Of a stretch of DNA of 64,000 nt, positions 38,701-51,890 are shown one piece after another. Under the pieces are notes generated by a model. It was not told where the DNA came from. It searched no databases and saw nothing but the letters and a program-made list of their open reading frames with translations. Source of the DNA: Nymphaea colorata (lineage: Eukaryota); assembly GCF_008831285.2 (NCBI RefSeq), contig NC_045138.2:7998001-8062000 (forward strand), written 5' to 3'. A program made the position numbers and the translations under genes. Positions within the stretch are counted from its first letter, which is position 1; every line of letters begins with the position of its first letter.

Positions 38701-40858
38701 TTCTAGCAAACACTCCCTTTCAAAAGCTCTTGTCACCAATCTTCTTGAAGACAAAGAACCCTCAAATTTAAAGGAAGCATATGAAGATGAAATTAGATGA
38801 AGACCATAGAAGAAGAGTATGATGTTATTATTCGAAACAAGGAACTTGTTCCAAAGAAAGAAGCCAAACACATTGTAGGATGTAAGTGAGCGTTCAAAAT
38901 CAAGCGGAAAGCAGATGGATCATTGAAAAGCTACAAAGCTAGACTCGTCGGCAAGGGGTATAGTTAAAAAGAAGGAATTGACTATATTGAAACCTTCAAC
39001 CCTATTGTGAAGCATACTACAATTCAGACAATATTGACTATTTCTATTGGTTACAAATGAAAAATACATCAGTTGGACATTCAAAATACATTTTTATATG
39101 GATCTATTTCAGAAGTTTATATAGTTCAACCACTTGGATTTCAAATTCATTCTTTCTCAAATCATGTATTGAACGTGCTCTATATGGTTTAAACAGGCTC
39201 CTAAGCATGGTTTGTCTGTCTTAATCTATTCCTCCAAGATCTTCATTTTAAAGAAGCTCAAACAGATTCATCTCTTTTATTTTAAGAAAATGAAAAATAC
39301 TTGTATATATTTTGGTATACGTGGATGACATAATCATAATAGGAAACTCACTAGAATATATTCATAAAATTATTTATCAATTCAAAAGTGAGTTTGCTGT
39401 CAAAGATCTAGGTGAGCTTCATTTCCTTTTGGGCATAGTAGCAACAAGAATTGACAATAAGCTAAGATTGTCTCAAATAGTATATATTTGAGATTCTCAA
39501 AAGAACAAGTATGCTTGGAGCTAAGGGAGATTCAACTCCCATGGCATGCTCCCCTGCTTTATCTACTCAAACTGGATCATTTTTATGATCTGACTCTTTA
39601 TCACAACATTGTAGGAGTTCTTCAATACTCTACTATGACTCGCCCAGACATCTTTTATGCTATCAACAATGTTTGTCAATACATGTATCATCCTACTAAC
39701 GCCCATTGGGATGCTGTAAAGAGAATCCTAAGATTTTGAAACACACTACTGATTATGGTCTTGTTATTAGACCTAATTTAGTTCTTAATATTAATGCTTA
39801 CAGTGATGCAGATTGGGCCGGAGGTCTTGATGGTAGACAATCTACAGGTGGATATGCAGTATTTATTGGATCCAATCTAGTTTCATGGAGTGCAAAAGAG
39901 CAACCAGTTGTCTCCCGTTCTAGCACTGAGGCCGAGTATTGATCTGTTGCTAATACTACTACTGAAATCATGTGGTTACAATTTATATTAAAAGAACTTG
40001 GTGTTGCTCAATCACAACCTCCCATATTATGGTGTGACAACATCGGTGCAGCCTATCTTGTAACTCATCCTGCGTAGCATAGCCGCAACAAATACATAGA
40101 GATTGACCTTCATTTTTTCAACAAAAACTTGCTAAAGGAGATTTAAAAATTCAGTATATCTCATCCAAAGATCAGGTTGTTGATATTTTAACTAAGCCAC
40201 TTATTAAGCAGCACCATTATCAAATACTTAGCAAGCTCAATCTCATTATTTGTGCATTGAGCTTGCGGGGGGATGTTAACAGAAATAATGAGGAGATCTT
40301 AGAAAGAATCAACTCTCGTCATTCAAAGTGAATCACTAGGAAGATGAAAAGTCATGTCTCAGGAATTAGTAATGGCTTGGGAGATGAAAGTCACTTCTCT
40401 TAGGAAATGGCTTGGGAGATCAAAAGGCATGTGTCTTAGGAATTAATAATGGCTTGAGAGATGAAAAGTAATGTCTCTTAACTACCCAAAGGGACCCCTT
40501 ATGTATCTCCTCTATATAAAGGAATCTCTACCAAAGGAATGAAAGTTAGAAATGATAAAGTAGTGGATGTAGGCCTATTGGCTGAACCACTTTAAAAATT
40601 CATGTCATTTTTTAATTATTTTTTCATTTTGATTTCTAACAAACATTGCAGACACACAAGGAACAAGACATTTACAACTGCAATTTTCTAATTGATCATT
40701 TATTTATGTTGTTGAATAAAATTGAAAAGAGAGAAGGAAACTATTTTTGTCGATACGTTAGGAGGTGCTCAATGCAGCCTTTGTTCTCTGGTCTTTCATT
40801 TCAAGCACTCATACTGCACCATGGTATTGAACCTCCTTAATGGTAGTACAGTTTTTAA
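35713..40858. repeat. Copy 1 of a ~1.1-kb diverged non-coding duplication, split by the Copia at 36627-40641
   Basis: 35713-36626 plus 40647-40858 align collinearly with about 62048-63168, for example GCAATTTTCATGGATTCAACCAA and AAAGGA(A)ACAAACCTGTTGGTTTATCC. Confidence 0.9.
36627..40641 (+). mobile_element. Ty1/Copia retrotransposon (Ale/Retrofit-like), decayed, PBS and gag N-terminus deleted
   Basis: LTRs about 36627-36878 and 40274-40641. TSD AACAT at 36622-36626 and 40642-40646. Motifs [68 protein letters not shown]. Confidence 0.95.
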
Positions 40859-42049
40859 GAAGTTAGAATTTACATAAAACAACTCTGAATTTCAAACACT
40901 TTTCTTTACTTTCATCTCTATCTATTTGTCTCCTCTCTTTGAAGAATAAGTGATCTCAGTGTCTGATAAACAAGTAGAAACACATGTTTGGTTACTACTG
41001 ACAATAAATAATAGAAAAGTGAATAAATAATACTAAAAAATGCAACGGTTGCACCCTTCACTCTCTTTGTTTTGCAAAAAAATATCGGCAGCATTCATTT
41101 TTTAAATGAGGAGGCCATCAAACCATTAAGGCCGTAAATAGAATGGGTTTGGGTATAAGTACCATATTCAACCACAGAGCCATCGCTTGATCATAACCGA
41201 GTGTAGCTGGCTATCTTTAGGCATACAAGATGCAAGTCTTAAGTCTGAATTTCTATGTAAGAAATCTAAGCAAATGGTGCTCAACTATTTGAGAAAAATG
41301 AAAAGCATGAGCAAGTCTACAACATTAGTTAATTTACAAGAAAATTCAATAGAATGATTTGTAAAAGTAAATACTTTATATACACCATGTTATGAGACTT
41401 TCCTCATATCCCATGAAATAATCAATTCAACATAGGATGATCTAATCAGCATATACTTGTCATTGAGGAACAATCATCCTTTAGAAAATAATCACATCAA
41501 CCTAGTGCAACAGAATATCAGTTAAAAAAAGAACTCAAACATGTCAAAAATGAATGGAGAACATTGCAATGTGATTCTACCTTATGCAAAAGACATCTTT
41601 TAGCTGCTTGCACTTGCCATACTCTGTCGAGCATTACAAATAGACTCATACAAAAATCTGCTTCACCATGATGTAGACATCTAACATCTAATAGGGGGAG
41701 AGAAGGAGAGAGACAGAGACCCTAAAGTTGAAATGTACAATCACAATCTATAGTTGGACGATAAAAATTGAAACATATTAGTTGCTTCATTGTATTCAGA
41801 TGGGACAAAGTAGCATGCATGTGATGAATGAAATATATGACTAAAAAGTATGTAGTTCTTGTACTAACTTCAATGTTAGGAACTAAACTAACTCAATATT
41901 AGAGTTAAATGTCATCTAAAAATGAATGAATGTGATGTGTGATTTAACTAATAAACAATGTAAAAGTCTTTAAGAAGAACAAATTAAATGATAGTTTGGT
42001 ACAATCTGTAGATCCTTCCTCCACTACACTCTATGCTTCTACAGTTACT

Positions 42050-43430
42050 TCTTACATGTCGCATGAGACAGATCTTTGAACCTGCATGCAACAAAAGTTA
42101 AACGGTCAGATATCAAAATTTAAGCACTGAAGTTGGGTACTAAAAAACTATTAAAAGGATGAAGATAATCATCACTTGTAGCTATTCTTGTTCAGTGCTA
42201 GACATGAAACCAAAAAAGGCATTTACATGACTGTCTAACTCAAACAAACTTTGATAGTTGTTGCTTTAGTGCTAGGATCTCAGCAACATTTTTCTTCTAA
42301 GGTAACTGCTTTAGCTTTCAATGTATTTACTTCCGATCTCACTTGAGCATTTTCTACGAAGAGCTCATCGTGACTATGAGCCCATGTATTGTTGTTAGCA
42401 CCCATTGGTTGAGAAAATGACATCCTTATGTGATACTTTGTCCATGTATCCTTCCGGTAGCTTGGCTAACGTAACATTTATTTTGTTTTGAAAATAATAA
42501 AATCATTAATGAGAGCATTAATTTAAAATATACCTACTCATGTGCTATGTATATGTATTGTCTCATTGGCATGTAAAAGAAACAAATAAATATTTGATTA
42601 GCCCTACAGTCATTGCCGACATCTCTGCCTTGTATTAATTCACATTCTTGGTAGTTTTATTCTTAACCCAAACCTGTGCACAAGATATCATCGCATCTCT
42701 AGTTGCTTCATACAAGTTCATGATAGATTTGAAAGACAATTAATAACTAATTATTATGTAGGAAAATGGGAAATATGAACACTACTAAAAGTATAAACAC
42801 AATAGGAATGAAGAGTTACCACCTCATCACATATACGGGAAAAGATCTTTATGCCTAGCATGTGCATATTCTGAGAATTTTGTGCATTAATCACTGAGAA
42901 TAATTGAGGACTTGTGAAAGAAAAGGAAATTGGATTGACAATTGCAAAGAATTTACTTGTGATTCGTCACTATCAAAATGCTTCATCAATGCCTTACAAT
43001 CCCGAACAGAAATATCATTGGGCTTATGCTTCATGCATTCAATGAAGGTTCCATATGTTCTATACATCTCTATTAATCGATACTGCCAATTTCTAATTGA
43101 TTGTGCATATTGTTTCATTACCCAAGAATGCATTATATCATGAACATCATAAAATTCCTATATAACACAATACTCATAAACATGATATGCATCTTATTAT
43201 TAATTTGTATAGATTGTTATGTGTATAGTAGAAACTTAATAAGTTTTCATAATTGTTCTTTGTAGAGGGTTGGTAACTCTTCAAATGAAAAGTATCTTAC
43301 TGGAGTCTTAATTGGATCTTGAGCAATTGTGCTAATACAAGTACTTAGTTTTTTGAGCTTCCTCCCCAATGTAGCTAAGGCATGGTTTGAATGTCACGTC
43401 CTTTTCTGTTGAGGAGATGGAGGTGCATCT
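42050..43430 (-). pseudogene. CACTA ORF2 (TnpA/Ptta-like, Transposase_24-like) exon remnants
   Basis: WVMKQYAQSIRNWQYRL...PNDISVRDCKALMKHFDSDESQ in short exon-like blocks downstream of Tnp2 on the same strand. Confidence 0.55.
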
Positions 43431-43929
43431 AGTACACCACACATGAACATTATTAGGTACACAAACATGAAAGCGAGAGATTAAATGCATGTGATCATAC
43501 TACGATAATCATAATTAAACTCTTGTGTTTCTAAATCACTAATTGTCTAAACACAAACTCCCATGATCGCCATCTACATTAGCAAACACTATTAAGCTAC
43601 AAACAATACATTAAGGTGTAATATGCACAACAAAGCGGAACAATTATAATGATGAAGACACATTTACACAATGTAACAAAAAAGTATAAAAATTTACTTA
43701 TATAACTTTACTAAGATATAATGTGGATTGAGGTTCCAACAACATTTGGCCTAACAAGTAGTAGATCACCATCCTCTATGTTTGATTCAACTTGTATTTG
43801 TGCATATGATTTACATGCAAACTGGTCGTCATTATGGTTAGTTGTCTCCTCATTGTCATTGTCAGTAGGTTGGGCTAGTACTCATAAACATCTCTTGGTT
43901 TTCTTTTTAGAACAACAAGCCACTTTGGT

Positions 43930-46900
43930 TCCATTGGATGTACTAATTCAACCTGACTATAAAAAATAAACGATTCTTCCTTCATGCATGAGTATTTTGT
44001 GTTCACAAGAATAAACCCATGTTTCGTCTATTTTGATACCCTTACATGATTTATGACATCATGCCAATGACAACTAAAAACAAAATATTTCAAACATAGA
44101 TGATATTCAATGTCCATAATTTCATTGATAGCACCATAATACACTGCTTCTCCACTAGTAGGTGTTCTGTCTCTAGCAATTGAGTAGCTTGACATTGTAA
44201 ACCTCGACATCATGCCATTACTTTGTGTTCGACTTTGTTTTTCAACTATGCTTGTATGATATTGAAAACCATTGTGTATGTACCCCTTATACTGCCTGGC
44301 AACAACTTGAGGATATTTTTTAATAGAACAAGCTCCTCCTTAGTGCTTTCAACTGAACCTCAAATACATGGCTCATGAATCTATGTCATAATACTTTTAA
44401 TAATATTTAATTGTTGTAAAATTACTGCATAATGTATATAATGGATTTATTTAATAATCATGGCACACCATGTATTTCTTACACGATCGCAAAGCCAAGT
44501 TGCAACTTCTTGTAATCCATGTGCTCTACTTCATAAAGAGTCTTCCTTCTATATTTCATCTTGACAATATGCTAGTGTTCTTTGCAAGACAATTTCACCT
44601 AAAACATTAGGAATATCAATTACAATGCATAGTATTCCTAACCTTACCAAATGACTTATTTTTAATACTCATTGAAGAAAAAATGCACAAATAGGATGGT
44701 TACATTGTATGAATATGTGTATTTTTGCCAACATTGATTTATACATTGTAACAACTTCGTAAGCTCCTGAAGGACGTCCTTTGTGTGCAACGCTACTTAC
44801 ACTTGATAGCATAGATTCAACATCATCATTTTGCTTGCTAGTCTATTGAACTGAGTCTTTACACAATTTAAGTAGCATGAGCAAAACTGTAAGCAATCAT
44901 CTGCTATGTATCCTTCAACAATGCATTCTTTAGGGTTGTTTCTATTTCAAACGAAAATTTTGAGCTTCATTAAATATATAATACATGAAAAACGTAACTT
45001 CACATAAGTTATTAATATTGCTTGTATATATGAAAATAAATACATCATCTAATAAGATTATGTGCATATAAAAAAACCATATGTGTACGGAGGTAGGTAT
45101 ACTTTTCCCACCTCATTTTATGGATGAACTGCATGTTTTAGGTTCATTTCTACCAAATTCAGTCATGCATTCAGGTGATCTTTGGACTTTCCATCTACAT
45201 TTAATCATGTACTGATGATGAACTCATAAATGTTTTTTTTTTCTATGTGCATAATGTCAAGATTGTGATATAACAAATTCATTTTCGAATAAGGTAATTA
45301 TAAAAAGTATTTCTCTTCTTCCAATTACATTGAAATTTTTCATTTCTCTTGTCTCAGCTTATGATCCAAAGGCATACGATGACCCATATAACACACTTTC
45401 TTGCTATGAATTAATCTTTGTGAGGTTGTATCTTTGTGGCAACAAGGACATTCAAGTCTTCCTTTTGTTCTCCAACTTTACAAGACTTAATATGCTGGAA
45501 AATCATTTATTGTCCACAAGAATGTTGCATGCATCTAAAACTGTTCCTTCTTTGACACATCGTATGTTTTCACTCTATCCCACAATATCAGCACCTCATC
45601 AACCAAGGGTTGTGAGAGTGCATTTATTTTGTTTCCAGTGACTTTAGCCTAGAAATTAACAAGGATAACAATGTCAAAAGTTATTTCATACTAACCCATG
45701 GTGGTAAATTATATTCAAACACTAAGACAGACAATCCATTGTATGTTGAACTTAATGTTCTAAATGATTTAAAACCATCAATTCCTAAACTTAGTCTAAC
45801 ATTACGACTGTCTGCTACAAATGTTGGATGTGGCACATCAAATGTTTTCCATGATTTAGCATCCACAGAATGTCTTAGTAGACCATTCTTTGTATGATCT
45901 TCATCTTGCTACCTCATGTCTGATGCAGTCTTTCTTGACACAAACAATCCTTTTGGCCTTGGAATCAAAGGGAAGTGGCATAATGTATTGATTGCCACTT
46001 TTCTTTCTTCATCTTGCTATATCCATGTGATTATCATTTTTCCACCTTGATTCATCAGGAATGTTCCACCTTTGTTTATCAATGTAATCTTTCTAAATTA
46101 GCATACAATTGCTTTGACAAACAACTATGTTTTTATAATTTAGACTCAAGCTAGTAATTATTTTCTTTGATTCATAGTATGTCAATGGCAGATGCACAAG
46201 TTGTTGAAATGCATCAACCAACAACTCTAATATGATGTCAAAAGCCATCTTACACAACTCACATAGACATTTGATGTGAAGTGAGCATAAGATAAATGAT
46301 AGCCTCGTGCAGCAAAAAGCTGCTGGATATAACTCTTTCTTGGCTTCCTTTAGCAATTTCACAAACTCAGATTCTGATTCAGTGGGTCTTTCTGGCCCAT
46401 TTGTATCAACAACTTATGGGATATAATTAGAGCTCCATTCTTGACATGCGTCCATAATGAGCTCATCAATATGGTCAACATTATCTACTAAAAGTTTGAC
46501 CAACATTGTTTGCTACTGGTACTATACTTTCAGTATGGTCATACCACCTTGTATAGCTTTCAATAAAACCGTTGTATACAACATGAACAAGAACAGTCAC
46601 TACAACATTCTTGAGTGCTTCTGATGGCTTAAACCGTAGGTAAAGACCCCCCCCCCCTCCCCCACCCTCAAACCATCGCCAAATCATATGTTGATGGCTC
46701 CTAGGCCGTTGGCAAAACACCCATAAGAACAAATATTCCTGACTTCTCAGGTCATTGGGAATGTGAACTATAGTGGTGACCATGCCACTGTCGGTATTGG
46801 CAGAGTAATCTCTATACCAATGATTAATTTCACTGCTATAGCCATTTTCCACCAAAGAAAAATGGTTTTCCCATATGAACCTGATGGTTATGCATTGTCT

Positions 46901-48975
46901 CGAGAAATATCATTGGCTATTCATTCAGTTGATGGCCTATACAAAGCATTAATGAAAGACAAATACAAGTTTAGATCACATATACACACCTGAGGCTAAG
47001 TCTGAATCCACAGTAAATAAACTTACCATTCGATCATTGCCTTCACTCATATATGTCTAAAAATTGGATCCTGGATGGGTTAGATGTATACCTTCAATCA
47101 ATTTCATCAATTAGACATTAATCACGTTTAACAACTCCAATCACACTAAAACGGACCTTATAGATTGGCATATTTGTACTGTTTTTAGTGCTTTAAGATT
47201 CTAAGTTCTAACCAAGAGGTACTAAAGAGGCCAAAGGTTAAGTTAGATGGATTTTGTACTAAACGATCCTTTTGACTATGTTTTGGTGTGGTAAATTGCA
47301 TTGAGTTCATTTTCTTGTCATTAGAAATTTAGGGACATAAGCAAATAACCTGTAGGAGTGATCCCATGTTATGGTTCTTTGTAGCTTAGCCAACTTATAG
47401 CTACAAAATTCCAGTTCCAAGAAGCACAACAATCCCTGCACCAACTATTCACAACTTAGATTGTATTCAACATAACAGAAGTGATGAAACAATAAAATTA
47501 ATGGCTGGAAAAATTAGGAAAAGTTAATTTCCTAAAACAAATTTTACAACATATAGTTCAACATAGAACTAAATTTTAGTTGTCATGCTATACATGAAAA
47601 CTTAGATGTTTAGTTCTGACTTTTAACACAACATGGACAAGTAAATGACTTAACAACCTTAGAAAGGTAATGAACAAAAAGAAAGAAAACTGCAATGATA
47701 CGACTGAGATAGATGAGAATTACCTGATTTTGGATGGCAAAGAAACAACAAGCAATGTCAAAGCCTTCAATTGAATATGATTTGCTTTCAAGAACATTGG
47801 CACCTACAACAATAGAAAGATAAAGCATGATGCTTATTAAATGGAGAAGATTGTTTGATCAGCAAAATACAATAAGCTAAGTAGAACCCTCTATGTTTGG
47901 AATACTAATGAAGAAGAAAAAGTAGCCAAGAAGAAGGCAATCTGACTCTATATTCGTAGTTAGCATCAGTATAAAACATGGCTGAAACTTACCCACATAA
48001 GTGCATAATATGAGGATGGCATCTGCCAGCATAAGTTCATATTTGTCATTCTTCCACCTCATTGCATTTCTTCCTTATCAAAGGTGCAATGAAAAAGATG
48101 ACATTCATCTATCTTCACTACCCACAAATGAACGAGATCAAGTTGATGCAAGATAGCTTAAAAGGTTAAGAAAAAAAAGGAGGGATTTCAAACCTTTTGA
48201 TAAAGTTGGTCATCTGCACCTAATTTCATACATTGCCACAAAATGAGAACAATAAGTGAAACTTGCAAAATGAAAATGAGGCACAATCTATCCCTAAATT
48301 GATCCACAACAGGAAAATGAAAATGAAGCACAAAAAAATGAAATCAGAAAGCAGAATGATATTTGACACATTCTATCACCAGTGAAGAACCATGTCAAAA
48401 AAACATAGTAAATAAAGAAAAGGGAAGAAAGAGAGAGATAGGGAGGGAGATAATCGCTTGCTGAGGGGGCAGAGTTGCTTCTACTGCTTGTGCACATGAT
48501 GCCCTAACACACCCTACTCAACCACAAATGCACGTTCAACCTATAAGAAGAAGGAGGACGAAGAGCTCACCTTTTCCCTTTCTAGAACCAGAAAACAAGA
48601 GACCCAAGAACTCTCTCTGCTCTTCTGTGCTTGGGATGCCCACGATTCCGAGAGAGAGTGAGAGATAGTGAGATACATGGGTGAAGCAAAGGAAAGATAT
48701 ATTTAGTGGGGTGATGTAAAGGAACCAAAAGGATTTAGTGCACTCACGCTATGAGCATTCCCTCAATGATATCCACCATTGACAGCCTCTCCACCGACGT
48801 GCTGCCTCCCATCAGCACTACTCATTTTTGAAGTAGTGAGTCGTCATGAACTCTATCCTGAAATTACTACATTTTTTACAATGACATTTAATATTTCCAT
48901 CAATAAATGCATTGCCCCCTTTTGCAAATTACAAAAAAACGTGCACTCCAGTAAAAAAATTCGACACTTGTCCTA
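43930..48975 (-). pseudogene. CACTA/En-Spm Tnp2-family transposase, decayed and split by a nested CACTA
   Basis: N-terminal GNIKCHCKKCSN (about 48860-48900) rejoins VLVHVVYNGFIESYTRWYDH (about 46535-46595). Also KLLKEAKKELYP, DAKSWKTFD...RNVRLSLGIDGF...YNLPPW, and YYGAINEIMDIEY...FSCHWHD. Confidence 0.92.
46598..48838. mobile_element. Nested non-autonomous CACTA element (2241 bp)
   Basis: Ends CACTACAACATTCTTGAGTGCTTCTGATGG and (reverse complement) CACTACTTCAAAAATGAGTAGTGCTGATGG. 3-bp TSD AGT at 46595-46597 and 48839-48841. Removing it restores the Tnp2 N-terminal domain. Confidence 0.88.
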
Positions 48976-49261
48976 CATTAAACCACAAAATGATTTAATT
49001 AGTCCAGCATTGTTTCAAATATATGTTCCATAGTAACATTGTAACATGATACAATACTTATCTCAAACAACTACGTACAAAGTCCTCCTACATATACAAT
49101 TTCAAATTATGACTTCATATTTTGCAACATATATATATATATAAGCACAAAATTATTACATGTCTCAAATGGATGCTTGAGTTACTTTCCCATGAGAATC
49201 AAATTGAGCAACCCATACAACCTAAATGTGTTTTAGTTGTCATGTTTATTATTTCCAACCA

Positions 49262-49303
<42 letters not shown>

Positions 49304-51890
49304 GCCTACTTTTTATAAAACTACACCCGTATTCCCTGCTTTAGAGTTTCAAGACTTCATTAAAGATGTAAATTCACTGACATACTTGAATGTTCATCTC
49401 ATAATAATTTTATATGCAGAGGCATGTAGATGCAGGTGCTGACATAACAGTTTCATGTGTTCCAATGGATGATAGGTGAGAACTGACTTTTTTTTAATCT
49501 TTCCACCTGAAAAATGATAAATGAAGCTTCAATTTCTTGCCAAGCCTAAAAGTTTTTTAGTTACTTAGATTTTCACTTAGTAGCATAATATTCTTATCTA
49601 TATATTCAAGTGAACAACATACTAAGACACATCATGCTTCTGTTATGGCAGTCATGCATCTGATTGTGATATGAGAAACCCAAGGGTGCTGATCTAAGAT
49701 CCATGGTATAATCCTTTCTTTTCCTTCATCTACTAGTTTTTCTCGCAATTACTGCACATTTTTCCCAAACCAGATTCCACATTCTACCAGCCTCTCAAGT
49801 AAGAACTGCAATAGGTTGCAGCTTGTGACTTATCATGGTAAAACTGCAATAGATTGCAGTGAGCGGCTTATAATGTTCCACAAATAATTTCTTTTGAAGA
49901 ACCAGCAAGTTAACCAACCATAAATTTTTGAAAACTTGTCTGAAATGATCTATGGAAATGAACAAGCAAAATAAAGGTAGCAAAATGAACAGATGAGCGA
50001 GACACATTGATCTTGCACTTTAAAGCAAAAGGGCAAACAAGATATCAACAACAATACAAGCACCAGTTGGTAGCAAATTGTAGGTGATCGATATATCTTT
50101 TTCACATTTTTATAGTTGGCATGAAGTGACAACACATAACATAAATTATGTGGTTCGCAGAATTTGCATTCTATAAAATTTCATTATACATAATAACAAG
50201 GCACATATATGGTCCAATTAATTTGAAAATCGTTCTCTCATTCACCACCAGAAAAAATCCATATGTGAATGACCTGGCATGCCGTTCAGGATTACAAGTT
50301 ACAGAAATCTTTGTTTTGTGTAATTGAATAATCATCCTGAACATAGAAGTCATGAGTGTTAGCAACTACACTAGTCTAGAGAATAATTTCAATCAATAGA
50401 TTTTATCATCAAGCACTTAAACCTAGTTTGAATTGATTCTAGTGAGAGACTTTTCTTATTGAAGATTATACTTTCTTCTCAACTTCAAATTGAAAGGAGC
50501 TCAAGTATGTCATCAAGTAGGGTGGAAGATTCGGTAAAGAAAAAAAAAACTGCAATAATCAGAGGAATTCAAACCATGGTTTTCATGCTCTAGTACCAGC
50601 TAAATGGTGAGCCAATAGCCACACAAGCAAACATGGAAGAAAAGATTCCATGATGACTCTGAATCTTGGTTACAACATTTAATCATGCATGGAGGATATC
50701 GAATAAGACAGTCCCTAGAAAATAAACTATCCCCACTTAAGCTTTCAAGTAGGCACTGCAACCAAATAGGGACCAAAATAGAAAAGAATAATAAGGATAC
50801 CAAGAATATTTCATTCTTAAATGGAAATAAATGGCTCAGCCATAACCCATTGCCATTCTTGTTCTTTAGAAGCCTTCGTAATAGTTACAAAGTGAATCCA
50901 AAAGCTTTGTGATTTTACTACAAATTGTAGACTTAGGCGGATATTTAGTAGGACAAGAGCATTAATCTAAATGAGGCAATACCTTGACTTGTCTCATGTG
51001 CAAAATATGCTCATTGCAGAAAATATCATATATAAGCAGGCATTTAATGAAACAACCTGCTCTTGTCTTAATAGAACAAAAAGATGCTCTAATGACAAAT
51101 GTGGTGGAGATCCACTCAATCATTCTCTAACTCAAGTTATAAAGTGAGCTCTTGAAGTTGGAGGGAATCATACTACAAGGGTCCCTTTCCATATCCTATC
51201 ACATATTTAACATAGGAAACACAAAATCAAAGGGCATGGATGGGTAACCAAGAAACAACAAAAGCAATATACATCAGAACATCTTAGCAGCTTTAGAAAG
51301 ACAAAGAATGGGGAACCAACAAATGAATTAGCTATTTGACACACAAAAAGTGATGGAAAAGGAAACAAGACAAAACAGAACATATCAACTGGTGATCATT
51401 TTGATGGGTCATATATTAACTGGTTAACAATCAAAGAAAGAAAGTAGGGAGCATTGGGAGTGAAAAATGTATTATGCTCCCACCAAAACATGAGCAAACA
51501 AAAAGAAGCCCCTATCTCTTGCACAAAAATAGGATGCACAAAAGAACAACGTCTAGCCCTTTATATACATCTACCATCTCTTTGACGCACCCCTACCTCA
51601 GCACTTGCTTCCCACTCTGCACCTTATCAGCATCCATGATAGGCATTGGTAAGTTTCATTGATAAAGTTCTTCAACTTCAATTCCTTGGTTTCTCAAGTT
51701 ACACTGAGTAAAATTTTGAGGGGATAATTGTATATCAAAAGGGGCAGGATGTATAGATGTCGATATACCGCAACATAAAGCCAAAGGCAAAAATATAATA
51801 AAAATATCAGTTGCAAATCAATATATGAACGTAGTTTTTTTGCATACAGCAAGAAAAAGAAGAAGAAGATAAAAGGCTTACCTTAGATTG

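Noticed and set aside
40860..42000. Left terminus of the outer CACTA
   Set aside because: No CACTA/CACAA terminus with an ATA flank or matching subterminal repeats was found.
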